39,293 bases of DNA, taken from IMG/VR virus record IMGVR_UViG_3300006086_000002. One strand, 5' to 3'. Below the pieces are notes generated by a model. The model saw nothing but the letters and a program-made list of their open reading frames with translations, did no database searches and had not been told where the DNA came from. Positions 1 through 8,928 of the stretch are shown here, in pieces. The DNA comes from a virus. How positions within the stretch are numbered: the stretch's first letter is position 1; every line of letters begins with the position of its first letter. The translations under genes were made by a program, and so were the position numbers.

Positions 1-110
1 TACCAACTGGCGCGTGTCGGCACCTAACACGATTGCTGTTACCTGGGTGAACACGACGGCTGGCGCTCTTACCCCGCAATCCGGTCCTTGGAATATCGAG
101 GTGATGCGCC
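1..110. repeat. Terminal direct repeat, exact copy of 39184..39293 (circular closure or assembly overlap)
   Basis: The first 110 nt (taccaactggcgcgtgtcgg...gtgatgcgcc) are identical to the last 110 nt. A CDS reads through the junction in frame. Confidence 0.97.
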
Positions 111-148
111 CGGAGAATCCTTCCAATATTCCTGCTAATTTGGGATAA
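1..148 (+). CDS. 3' end of the CDS that starts at 38996 and wraps over the circular junction; small virion-module protein, paralog of 151..513
   Basis: The frame continues from 38996 (...GLSYTNWRVSAPNTIAVTWVNTTAGALTPQSGPWNIEVMRPENPSNIPANLG*), with stop TAA at 146-148. It is similar throughout to the next ORF. Confidence 0.6.
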   Translation, partial: TNWRVSAPNTIAVTWVNTTAGALTPQSGPWNIEVMRPENPSNIPANLG

Positions 149-150
149 AC

Positions 151-513
151 ATGCCTCAAACTACCATCGGACGTGGAAATGAGCTTTATGACTGGCTTGT
201 CCAGCCAGCAACGCTTACATGGTCGGGAACTGTAGGCGCTACGAGCGCGGCAGAACTGACCGCGACTCTTCAGGGAGTCAATGCGGGCGACTGCCTAGCG
301 TCATTTGACTACAACCCTCCCTCTGGCACCGCGATTACTACGGCGCTTCCTTACGGGCTGTCGGCTAATAACTTTCGCATTGTCTCTGCCAACACGATTT
401 CCGTTCTCTGGACGAACACGACGGCTGGTGCGCTGACCCCGCCTGCTGGTCCGTGGTACATCAACATCGTGCGCCCTGAGAACCCGAACAACCTTCCTGT
501 GACGGCGGCGTAA
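151..513 (+). CDS. Hypothetical small virion-module protein (tandem paralog of 38996..148)
   Basis: 120-aa ORF. It shares MP.TTI.RGN.L.D.L..P..TWSG.VGATS.AELTAT and ...W.NTTAGALTP..GPW.I...RPENP.N.P with the preceding gene. Confidence 0.65.
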   Translation: MPQTTIGRGNELYDWLVQPATLTWSGTVGATSAAELTATLQGVNAGDCLASFDYNPPSGTAITTALPYGLSANNFRIVSANTISVLWTNTTAGALTPPAGPWYINIVRPENPNNLPVTAA

Positions 514-911
514 TGGGCTATTTCCGTCCTACTGGCGGGCAGCTTCATCTGGCATGCACTGCCACGCCCAGCACACCTGCGCAGCTTGCCGTTTCTGGTA
601 GCTGGCAGAACCCGACGCAGGAGCAGGCGGTCCGCATCTTTATCTTCAATGCGTCGGGATCTACGGAAGTCCATATCGCTTATGGGCCGACTGCCGCGAT
701 TGTGACTGCGATTGCAGGTGCGGGGGGGGACACGACAGCCGGGGTTCAGGATGCTGGGGTCATCAGTTTCGGCGGAACGGTGCCTACTGCCAGCCCTGGG
801 TCAGTTGATTACATTTCCCTTCCTGCGAATAGCTTCATCAGCGCGTGGTGTGCTGTAGCGGCTCAGACAGCGGATGTGTATATCTGTCCCGGCGAAGAGA
901 CTACGCACTGA
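513..911 (+). CDS. Hypothetical structural-module protein
   Basis: 132-aa ORF. Its start overlaps the upstream stop (TAATG), and it lies in the head/tail module. Confidence 0.6.
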   Translation: MGYFRPTGGQLHLACTATPSTPAQLAVSGSWQNPTQEQAVRIFIFNASGSTEVHIAYGPTAAIVTAIAGAGGDTTAGVQDAGVISFGGTVPTASPGSVDYISLPANSFISAWCAVAAQTADVYICPGEETTH

Positions 912-1081
912 TGTTCAGGATTGACAGGAATGGAATGATTACCAGAATCTCCGATGGAGTATCCATTCCCAGGGACGTGACGAATACGGCTTATCAACTG
1001 TTCCTATACGTGCAGGCGTTCCACCAAGACCCATCCACGCACCAAGCGGCAAACGTCTCGGGCCAGAACGACAAAAACTAA
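911..1081 (+). CDS. Hypothetical small protein (56 aa)
   Basis: ATG at 911 overlaps the upstream TGA (TGATG). It ends directly before the next ATG at 1082. The longer 845 start would overlap 513..911. Confidence 0.45.
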   Translation: MFRIDRNGMITRISDGVSIPRDVTNTAYQLFLYVQAFHQDPSTHQAANVSGQNDKN

Positions 1082-2050
1082 ATGTCCTATCAGCCCCTAA
1101 ATACCGTGACCAGTGCCTTGCGGTCCATCGGGGCATTGGCCTCGGGGGAGGCGCCTGACTCCGCCACGGCCACCGACTGTTTCAACCTGCTCAATGAAAT
1201 GCTCGATATGTGGAGCAATGACCGGACGCTGATCTACACGCAGCAGGAGGTCATTATCGAGTTGCAGGGTGGCAAGTACCAGTACACGATTGGTCTTGCC
1301 GGGACGGATGCTTCCACCACTTTTACGGGGTCATTTGCTAGCACGCTGATGACGGTATCGGCTATTTCTTCGGGGGCTGTGTGTCAAGGTCAAATCATCG
1401 ACACGACGACTGGAACGGGAACATTGGTAAGCGGGACCGCGATCACATCATTTGGAAGCGGGAACGGCGGGAACGCCAGCGGGGCGTTAGGGACCTACGG
1501 GATCAATATCCCGAACACTATAACGAGCGGGACAGTGACGGCACATTCCGCCCGCCCCCTTCGGGTAAATTCCGCAATCGTGAGGATCGTTAACAGCGCG
1601 ACGGGAACCCTGGACTATCCCTGCGCGGTCCTCTCATATGAGGAATACCAGGATATCGGCATCAAGACTCTGCCAGGCCCATGGCCGCGAGCGGTCTACT
1701 ACCAGCCGACCATGCCCGTGGGAACGTTCAGCTTCTGGCCGAACCCTAGCCAGGGGGAAATGCACCTTTACTGCGATACGGTGCTAAATAACTTTGTAAC
1801 GCTATACGATACGGTGACGCTCCCGCAGGGGTATCAATCGCTCATGCACTGGGGGCTCGCGGATCTGCTCATGCCGGAGTTTGGCAAGAAAGACCCCGAG
1901 CAGATCCAGATGGTCCGCATGAACCTTGCCCGGGCTCGAAGGGTCGTGGAGCGCACCAATATGCATCCGCAGCAACCGGCTAGGTTTGATCCGGCGTTGC
2001 AGCAAAAGGCCACGCGCGATGCTGGCTGGATCCTGTCGGGGGGTCAATGA
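1082..2050 (+). CDS. Head-to-tail adaptor (P22 gp4 / T7 gp11 tail tubular protein A-like N-terminus)
   Basis: The N-terminus SALRSIGALASGEAPDSATATDCFNLLNEMLDMW matches the adaptor signature (P22 gp4 [36 protein letters not shown]; T7 gp11 NDILASIGEPPVS...). It lies downstream of the coat module. Confidence 0.6.
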   Translation: MSYQPLNTVTSALRSIGALASGEAPDSATATDCFNLLNEMLDMWSNDRTLIYTQQEVIIELQGGKYQYTIGLAGTDASTTFTGSFASTLMTVSAISSGAVCQGQIIDTTTGTGTLVSGTAITSFGSGNGGNASGALGTYGINIPNTITSGTVTAHSARPLRVNSAIVRIVNSATGTLDYPCAVLSYEEYQDIGIKTLPGPWPRAVYYQPTMPVGTFSFWPNPSQGEMHLYCDTVLNNFVTLYDTVTLPQGYQSLMHWGLADLLMPEFGKKDPEQIQMVRMNLARARRVVERTNMHPQQPARFDPALQQKATRDAGWILSGGQ

Positions 2051-3618
2051 GCTACATTGACCCGATCACCGGGGCCACGATTGGCAATATCGCCACGAAA
2101 GGGACTTCTGCTGATTCCTTCCGGGTGATGATGGCATGGCAGCCTTCTACGCTGTCATATATCGCTCTCTCTGCCGATGTATCCGGTAACCTGAACGTCA
2201 CGGGTGGTGGTGGAGGTGGCGGGAATCCTGCTGCTGGATTGACCGGGGCTGCCGTCCCGACATATGGCGATTACCTTGCGTTTAGCGGTGCTGGGGGCCT
2301 TCTAACGGGTGTCAGTGCCGCGAATCCGCTTCCATGTACCTTTACGGGTTCCGCAGGAAACGCTGCTGCTGGGGCCACGGGCGTGGCTCCTCCTGGGTAT
2401 GCGGATTACACCGGCTGGGTGAGTGGCGGCAACCTTATCGGCACTTCCCTGACTACGGGTTTGCCGGTTCAGCCTGGCACCGGAACGACCTGGACGGTTG
2501 CTGGAAGCGGGACGTTTACTGTCGCAGGGACGGTTACCGCGAATCAAGGGGGTGCGCCATGGACAATGAAACCCGATGGGACTGTGTGGACTCTCACAGG
2601 GACATCGGCGAATGTGAATGTTACGAATGCGAGCTTGCCCGTTACTGGAACGTTCTGGCAAGCCACGCAACCTGTATCCGGCACAGTTACTGCGAACCAG
2701 GGGGGTGCGAATGCGACCCCATGGAATGAGAACGTCGCCCAATTTGGTGGCTCTGCTGTTGTTACCGGTACTGGTGTTGGCGGCGCTGGTATACCTCGCG
2801 TCACTGTTTCCAGTGATTCTTTCCCGGCTACGCAGGCGGTTTCAGGGACCGTCACTGCGACGCAAGGAACGCCTCCATGGACGGTAAAGCCTGATGGCAC
2901 GGCATGGAGCCTTACGGGGACTAGCGCCAATGTCAATGTCACGAACACGAGCATTGCTGTTACAGGTAGCGGCTCATTTACTGTGGCTGGCACTGTTACT
3001 TCCAATCAAGGCAGCGCGGGAGCTACTCCGTGGCTGTCAAACGTCACCCATTTTGGCAGCAATAACGTTGTTACTGGTACTGGTGTTTCCGGCGTTGGCA
3101 TTCCTCGGGTTACTGTTTCCTCAGATAGTTTTCCTGCTTCTCAAGCCGTAACCGGTACTTTCTGGCAGGCGACGCAACCCGTCAGCATTGCTGCAACGGT
3201 TCCGGTTCAAGGCACAACGACTCCCGCAAACGGTAGCGCGATCCCGACGACTGCTGTCCCTGCTGCCGCTGTCCTCATGGTCACGAACCAGGCGACGGGC
3301 CTTCTGGATCTGGTAGAGGAGGGCGATAACACGGCGGACGGGGATATCCCGGGGAATACCGGCCTTCTAGGTGCCGAGGTTTATCCCAAGATGTATGACG
3401 ATGCTGCCGGGGCTTTCCAGCGGCAGAGGGGAACGATCCGCGATGGCCTGAAGGTACAGAATACGGCGGATCAGAACCTGATTCTTCCGGTGCTACAGGC
3501 GATTCTTACAGAGCTTCGGGTAATGAATGTGATGTTGCAGCAGGGATTGAATGTGAAGGATGACCCGGAAGATTTCCGCCAAGATCCGTTTTACAACGCG
3601 AACGTAACCGTACAGTAA
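2047..3618 (+). CDS. Gly/Thr-rich virion structural protein with internal tandem duplication
   Basis: 523-aa ORF with an ATGA overlap to the upstream gene. It has a G7 run and two ~107-aa repeat units. Confidence 0.75.
   Translation: MSYIDPITGATIGNIATKGTSADSFRVMMAWQPSTLSYIALSADVSGNLNVTGGGGGGGNPAAGLTGAAVPTYGDYLAFSGAGGLLTGVSAANPLPCTFTGSAGNAAAGATGVAPPGYADYTGWVSGGNLIGTSLTTGLPVQPGTGTTWTVAGSGTFTVAGTVTANQGGAPWTMKPDGTVWTLTGTSANVNVTNASLPVTGTFWQATQPVSGTVTANQGGANATPWNENVAQFGGSAVVTGTGVGGAGIPRVTVSSDSFPATQAVSGTVTATQGTPPWTVKPDGTAWSLTGTSANVNVTNTSIAVTGSGSFTVAGTVTSNQGSAGATPWLSNVTHFGSNNVVTGTGVSGVGIPRVTVSSDSFPASQAVTGTFWQATQPVSIAATVPVQGTTTPANGSAIPTTAVPAAAVLMVTNQATGLLDLVEEGDNTADGDIPGNTGLLGAEVYPKMYDDAAGAFQRQRGTIRDGLKVQNTADQNLILPVLQAILTELRVMNVMLQQGLNVKDDPEDFRQDPFYNANVTVQ
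2515..3165 (+). repeat. Intragenic tandem duplication (2 x ~107 aa) inside 2047..3618
   Basis: Unit 1 is TVAGTVTANQGGAPWTMKPDGTVWTLTGTSANVNVTN...GGSAVVTGTGVGGAGIPRVTVSSDSFPATQAVSG. Unit 2 is TVTATQGTPPWTVKPDGTAWSLTGTSANVNVTN...GSNNVVTGTGVSGVGIPRVTVSSDSFPASQAVTG. Boundaries are approximate. Confidence 0.7.
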
Positions 3619-3627
3619 GGAAACATC

Positions 3628-4236
3628 ATGCCAGCAATCCAAGGCGCAGTAGGCATCCAGAACAACCCCGATTCAAGCAATCTAGTAACTACTCGCATGG
3701 GGAAGCAGGGGGATTTGCTTGCCAGTGAACTCCATGCAAGGTATTACGAGCAGACCTATCGGGGAAATATGTTTTCCCTTTGCACTCAAGGCACGGCAGT
3801 AACTACGACTGCTGCCCTTGCGACAACCTGGACAGGTTTGGGTTTTGCGAATCCAGTTGGTTCTGGCGTTAATGCCGTTCTTAATAAATTCGGTTGCACG
3901 CAATTTGCAGTGGGGGCCGCAGCAACTATCGGCGTGATGGGCGGTGTTGGAACATTTACTTCCAGCCTGACGCCGCAAAATCGCGTTATCGGTGGCGGAC
4001 AGGCATCGAAGATGAATGGCTCTGCGAGCGCAACCATTTCGACTCCATTGCTTATCGCGTCTTTTGGTTCCGTGGGCTCCGCCGCGACTACGGCATACGC
4101 ATTGGAAAACGGAATCTACGTTGATTTGGAGGGAACGATAATTATCCCTCCCGGATCATTCATTGTTAGTTATACCTCTATTGCCACTACTACTGCATTG
4201 CAATTCCATTTTGTTTGGGAAGAGGTTCCCGTCTAA
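3628..4236 (+). CDS. Hypothetical virion structural protein
   Basis: 202-aa ORF with RBS AAGGAAAC upstream. It sits in the tail module. No motif could be assigned with confidence. Confidence 0.7.
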   Translation: MPAIQGAVGIQNNPDSSNLVTTRMGKQGDLLASELHARYYEQTYRGNMFSLCTQGTAVTTTAALATTWTGLGFANPVGSGVNAVLNKFGCTQFAVGAAATIGVMGGVGTFTSSLTPQNRVIGGGQASKMNGSASATISTPLLIASFGSVGSAATTAYALENGIYVDLEGTIIIPPGSFIVSYTSIATTTALQFHFVWEEVPV

Positions 4237-4496
4237 TGTGGGATAGCGGACAAAAGCAGGGGGCGCGGCAAAAGGTTGTCATCAGCCGTCACTGGCATTC
4301 GCCTGAAATCTCCGTCACGGTATCTGCGGAGAAGATCGAGCTTACCTGTGACCTGGAAGACTTCGTTGCCGCGCTGGTGACGGAGATGCCACATCCTCTG
4401 AAGATGTGGAGCAGGAAAAAGCACAGCAACGAAGCCAATGCAGCGATGCTTCGGGCTATTGAGAAAATCAAGGAATCTTCCAGCAAGGTGATGTGA
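4236..4496 (+). CDS. Hypothetical protein (86 aa)
   Basis: ATG at 4236 overlaps the upstream TAA (TAATG). The 4215 start in the ORF track would overlap the previous gene. Confidence 0.55.
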   Translation: MWDSGQKQGARQKVVISRHWHSPEISVTVSAEKIELTCDLEDFVAALVTEMPHPLKMWSRKKHSNEANAAMLRAIEKIKESSSKVM

Positions 4497-6844
4497 TGTC
4501 GCAGATCAATCCAGGGCCTAGTGTCCAGCAGAGTGCGAACACCACGGCGCAGATGGCGGTTCCTGCTGGCGCTGGATCTCCTACATCGGCCGCTGTTTAT
4601 GCCACAGATACTTCTGGCAATCCCACTGCTTTGGTTGGACAGAACGGGGCATCTGTAAATATCCAAGTCCTAGGCAATCCGTCTCTTTCTAATGCGCAAG
4701 CGACGGTGATTTATCCTGCATTCCAGCAGAGCGGCCTGCGCAACACGAATGCGATCCCCTGGCAGTACGATCCCAGCGATCCGCAGTGCATTCTTGCTAG
4801 AACCTTCCTAACCGCTCCGACGCAGAACCCTGTTGGCAACGAGGTTGGAGTGCTGAACGGAGCCCCCAGCAACACCAATGCGCAGTTTGACGGCACGTAC
4901 GGGCTTAACTTTTCCAGCGCTGGCGCAGCGGTACAAAACGCTGTTCTGACGCTGGATGTGTCGAACTTCACGCAGCTTCAGAACGGCACTCCTTACATGA
5001 TTTACTTCGAGATAGAGAAGTCCTATCTCGCGCCATTGCCTGCCACGAGCGGCTTATCTTCCGCGTCTACCGACTACGGTGGTGGCATCGCTTGGAGCCA
5101 GGCAACATCTGACGTTTTTTGTCTATGGCCTTCCACTGAGGGAGGCGTCAACGGGCAACTCCTGACGATGTTTAATACATACACGTCAGGGAGCGGGGCG
5201 AAGGGATGGAACATCTATTCTAGCGGCAGCAATACGGCTATTGGATTCAATCCCACGGACGTTCATAAGCTCGACGGGGAGCAATACATTCCGCTGGTGT
5301 TCGCATTCGATAGCGGAACGGTGTGCGGATACACGGATGGAGCTTGCGGCAACGCATCAGGTCCTTTTGCTCTTCCTGTTGCGGTGCAGAACATGGTTCT
5401 AAAGACGATTACGTTTGGGCGTAGAAACAGCGGCACGACGGACTATTCGATATTTGACGGCCATATCCGCAACTTGATGATTATTGCGGGCCGTACTCCA
5501 TACAGCACCAAAACCTACGGCTTGCAGGTTCTTACGCCCGCAAATGTATTTACTAATACCCTGAACTTCGGAGATAGCTACGCGCAGATCAACACGAACG
5601 CATACATCCCTACGGGGTTGGATGCTGTAGTCAAGTCATATCTTGGCAAGTTCGGTCTTTGCCTGCCTAATAACAACGAGACGGTAACGACGTTCGGAAC
5701 GACGACCAATACTTCATTCCCTGGCCGGAGGTTTGTGGGATGGAGTTCTGCAACGGACGGAAGCGGGCAGACCGGTACAGCACCTGTTAATGCCGCGCTG
5801 CCAGATCAGAACACATTCCCCGTTGCCAGCGGTCAGTCTTATCTTTGGAACAACATCGGGACGTTCCTTGCGAACAATCCGACATGTGTTGTATTCCAGA
5901 TGCCGGTTAACGACCGGGGGGCCAGCTTTAACGAAGCCGCATACGCCAGATGGCTGAAGTATTACCTGGAGAGGTTCTTTGGTCTTAATGGGAATCTGGC
6001 TACTACGGTGCAGGCGGTTGTTTTGGTGAGTTCTGGATACCCGCCATTCCTGAGCGACGGATCGAGCAAGTGGCGCAAGATGTCTGCAAGGATGGAATAC
6101 AACGCGATTGTCTCGACGATTGCATGGTTCCAGCGTACATACCCCGCCCTGGCTAGCAAGATCGCTTTTGGTGACTGGTACAACGCCATCGGCGGGGACA
6201 CTCCATTCCAGCAATGCTGGTTGCCACTCATGCGTGGTGATATCCACCCCAGCACGTTCGGTAAATACACGCAGGGACTGGTTTGGGCGCAAAGCCTGAT
6301 GAACCTATCTCATCAGCTGAATGGCAATGGCGTGGTTCTGGATGCGGTTGGGCCGGTAAAACAGCTATTGCGGACCTACCAAGCGCCTCCGCTGAACGCC
6401 AATCGCTTGATCGGACAACTGCGAGGAGCGAACTTCAACGTCACGACGGACCAGGCTATCTACTTGGATGCGCCAGGGAGTTCTCCTGCCTCGACGCGAT
6501 TTGTAATCGACCAGATCATCGTTACGAACCCGAACACCAACCCGACGGCGGCAAGCGGTGGACAGACTCCTATCTCGCTGACGACCGCGCAGGGCGGCTT
6601 CTACACGGGCGCGGGGAAGACGGGGACCACGCTGGTTGCCTCAACCCAGGCATACACGACATTGACCGGGGCTGGTATTCCTCTGTCCGTAACGCTGGCC
6701 GCTGGTGGTACTGGAACGGTCCTGGACAGTAAGCAGACGAGCGTAACCGTTCCTCTGAATCAGCCGATCTACTTCTCTCTGACGACCGGCCAGGGCGCTA
6801 CGGCCTACGCAGATATCTACGTATTTGGCCGGGACCTAACATAA
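4496..6844 (+). CDS. Large tail-associated protein: possible LamG-like lectin region, SGNH/GDSL-like hydrolase motifs, and a C-terminal module homologous to ORF 38511..38948
   Basis: 782 aa from ATG 4496 (TGATG overlap; GTG 4493 is also possible). It carries FDGHIRNLMIIAGRTPYS (LamG-type strand), LNFGDSYAQ (GDS block I, nt 5570-5578), MPVNDRG (block III-like) and RGDIHPSTFG (block V-like, nt 6239-6247; D-x-H rather than the canonical D-x-x-H). Confidence 0.6.
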   Translation: MSQINPGPSVQQSANTTAQMAVPAGAGSPTSAAVYATDTSGNPTALVGQNGASVNIQVLGNPSLSNAQATVIYPAFQQSGLRNTNAIPWQYDPSDPQCILARTFLTAPTQNPVGNEVGVLNGAPSNTNAQFDGTYGLNFSSAGAAVQNAVLTLDVSNFTQLQNGTPYMIYFEIEKSYLAPLPATSGLSSASTDYGGGIAWSQATSDVFCLWPSTEGGVNGQLLTMFNTYTSGSGAKGWNIYSSGSNTAIGFNPTDVHKLDGEQYIPLVFAFDSGTVCGYTDGACGNASGPFALPVAVQNMVLKTITFGRRNSGTTDYSIFDGHIRNLMIIAGRTPYSTKTYGLQVLTPANVFTNTLNFGDSYAQINTNAYIPTGLDAVVKSYLGKFGLCLPNNNETVTTFGTTTNTSFPGRRFVGWSSATDGSGQTGTAPVNAALPDQNTFPVASGQSYLWNNIGTFLANNPTCVVFQMPVNDRGASFNEAAYARWLKYYLERFFGLNGNLATTVQAVVLVSSGYPPFLSDGSSKWRKMSARMEYNAIVSTIAWFQRTYPALASKIAFGDWYNAIGGDTPFQQCWLPLMRGDIHPSTFGKYTQGLVWAQSLMNLSHQLNGNGVVLDAVGPVKQLLRTYQAPPLNANRLIGQLRGANFNVTTDQAIYLDAPGSSPASTRFVIDQIIVTNPNTNPTAASGGQTPISLTTAQGGFYTGAGKTGTTLVASTQAYTTLTGAGIPLSVTLAAGGTGTVLDSKQTSVTVPLNQPIYFSLTTGQGATAYADIYVFGRDLT

Positions 6845-8557
6845 ATGCCTGACTTTGGTTTCTGCGGCCCCTCATACACCGCGCGCTCTATCTACCAGAA
6901 CGCGGATGAGTGTATAAATTGGTTCCCCGAGGTCTCGGAGGAACCAAGGCCCGATGATCGCGGCAAGGTGACGCTTTATCCCGTCCCTGGAAAGCCAACA
7001 CTATTCCAGTTTGCCGATCAGGCCGAGGTAAGGGCTTTGCAACCGCTATCCGGTAGCACGATCATGCTTGCTGTTTGCGGATCCAGTGTCTACGCGGTAA
7101 GCACAGGCTTTGTTCCTACGTTCGTCGGTAGCTTGACGACTAGCTCCGGACCTGTCTCTATTGCCGATAACGGGACATGGGCGATGCTGGCGGATGGGGT
7201 GTCGCGCTATGTCTATCTCTTCGGGTCTGCTGCTGGAATCACCACGGGATATTTCACGAACCTAGCGACGAACAGTTTCATGGGATACATCGTCCCTTCT
7301 GGCGGTGGCGGTCTGCTAACTATCACCAGCGTTACCAGTGGGCTAGTCGGGCTATTCCAGGTTGTATCCGGTGCCGGGGTAAGCGCAGGACAGACGATCA
7401 CTGCATTCGGCACCGGGACGGGCGGGGTCGGGACGTACAGTGTTTCTGTATCGCAAACGCTTGGAAGCGCCGGTGTTCCCGTAGCCATGACGGTTGCGGA
7501 CGGGGCTTTTACGGCATCCAACTTCGTGCAGGAAGTCGATACGTTCTTTGTCTATACGAATCCGAACAGCAATGAATGGGGATCCAGCAACAGCGGTGCA
7601 CCGGGGACGCCTACCTATGGATCGCCATCAAGCCAACCGCTCTCGTTCAGTTTCAAGGATGGTTCAGCGGACTTTTGTGTGGCACTCAAAATCGTCAACC
7701 GAGAGGTATGTCTACTCGGGGAACGAACGTACGAGTGGTGGGTTGATCAGGGCTCCTTCCCTTTTCCTTTCGTGCGTCTGCCTGGCACTAGTGGTCAGCA
7801 CGGCTGCGCTGCTCCTTATTCTGTTTCTCGCCTGGGTGAATCCTTCGCATGGCTAGTCAAGGATGATCGCGGACAGTGCCAGATCATGCAGTTTCGCGGA
7901 TATATCCCGGAGCGTATCAGCACGTTTGCCGTCGAGGACGCAATCAGCGGATACGCGATCATCACGGATGCGCGGGCCTATACCTACAAGGCTGATGGGC
8001 ATGAGTTCTACGTTATCAACTTCCCTTCCGCCGATGTGACATGGGTATATGACGAGATGACCCATATGTGGCACAAGCGCGCTTGGAGGGATAACTTCAA
8101 CGTCTTGCATCGGGATCGCGGGAACTGTGCTTGCAACTTTGCGAACCAGATCGTTGTCGGGGACTGGCAGAACGGCAATGTGTATGCATTGCAAGACAAT
8201 GTGTATACCGATGCTGGCGGCGTTCCGATGTATCGGCTACGGCAAGCTCCTCACCTGACCAAAGACCTGCAACGCCTGAGCCATCATGAACTCCAACTCC
8301 AATTTCAGCCCGGCGTTGGTCTTGCGACTGGACAGGGATCGAACCCTACCGCCATGCTCCAATGGAGCGATGATGGCGGATCTACGTTCGGGAACGAACA
8401 TTGGACGAGCATCGGAGTTCAGGGAGCCTACAAGAATCGCGCCATCTGGCGGCGTCTTGGTGTTGCCCGGGACCGCATCTATCGAGTCGTGGTGACGGAC
8501 CCGATTAACGCGGTCATCGTCTCGGCGGAACTCAAGGGCACAGAGGACGCGCACTGA
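6845..8557 (+). CDS. Tail nozzle / tail tubular protein B-like (P22 gp10-like)
   Basis: 570 aa. The C-terminus NRAIWRRLGVARDRIYRVVVTDPINAVIVSAELK parallels the P22 gp10 C-terminus KRVLWKRVGRIRRLIGFKLRVITKSPVTLSGCQIRLE. Size and position fit. Confidence 0.7.
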   Translation: MPDFGFCGPSYTARSIYQNADECINWFPEVSEEPRPDDRGKVTLYPVPGKPTLFQFADQAEVRALQPLSGSTIMLAVCGSSVYAVSTGFVPTFVGSLTTSSGPVSIADNGTWAMLADGVSRYVYLFGSAAGITTGYFTNLATNSFMGYIVPSGGGGLLTITSVTSGLVGLFQVVSGAGVSAGQTITAFGTGTGGVGTYSVSVSQTLGSAGVPVAMTVADGAFTASNFVQEVDTFFVYTNPNSNEWGSSNSGAPGTPTYGSPSSQPLSFSFKDGSADFCVALKIVNREVCLLGERTYEWWVDQGSFPFPFVRLPGTSGQHGCAAPYSVSRLGESFAWLVKDDRGQCQIMQFRGYIPERISTFAVEDAISGYAIITDARAYTYKADGHEFYVINFPSADVTWVYDEMTHMWHKRAWRDNFNVLHRDRGNCACNFANQIVVGDWQNGNVYALQDNVYTDAGGVPMYRLRQAPHLTKDLQRLSHHELQLQFQPGVGLATGQGSNPTAMLQWSDDGGSTFGNEHWTSIGVQGAYKNRAIWRRLGVARDRIYRVVVTDPINAVIVSAELKGTEDAH

Positions 8558-8928
8558 TGGCCTATCAGGGGAATAGCTATATCTCGGTATCCGGCCAAGG
8601 TCAGAACTTCGCCGGGATGCCCAAGCCTATTGCCAAGCCACTGAAGGAAGATGGGACGTTTACACAAGACACTTGGCGTTACCTCGCATCGTTCAGCGGG
8701 CCCCCACCGCAGGAAATGCCGATCACTTTGGGGCCGAGTCCTGCTACGTTTCAGGCGATTTCCAATGGTTCCGTATTAGTGTCTGGCGGGACTGTCTCTT
8801 TGGTGTCATTAAAGAGGAATAAGACATATAATCTCAGTGGGTCGTCAGGGTTATTTCCTCTTTCCATTGGCGATGTTTTAACGATTACTTACACGGTTGC
8901 ACCGACATGCGTGTGGTTTCCTCGGTAG
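8557..8928 (+). CDS. Hypothetical tail-module protein
   Basis: 123-aa ORF with a TGATG overlap to the nozzle gene. Confidence 0.6.
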   Translation: MAYQGNSYISVSGQGQNFAGMPKPIAKPLKEDGTFTQDTWRYLASFSGPPPQEMPITLGPSPATFQAISNGSVLVSGGTVSLVSLKRNKTYNLSGSSGLFPLSIGDVLTITYTVAPTCVWFPR

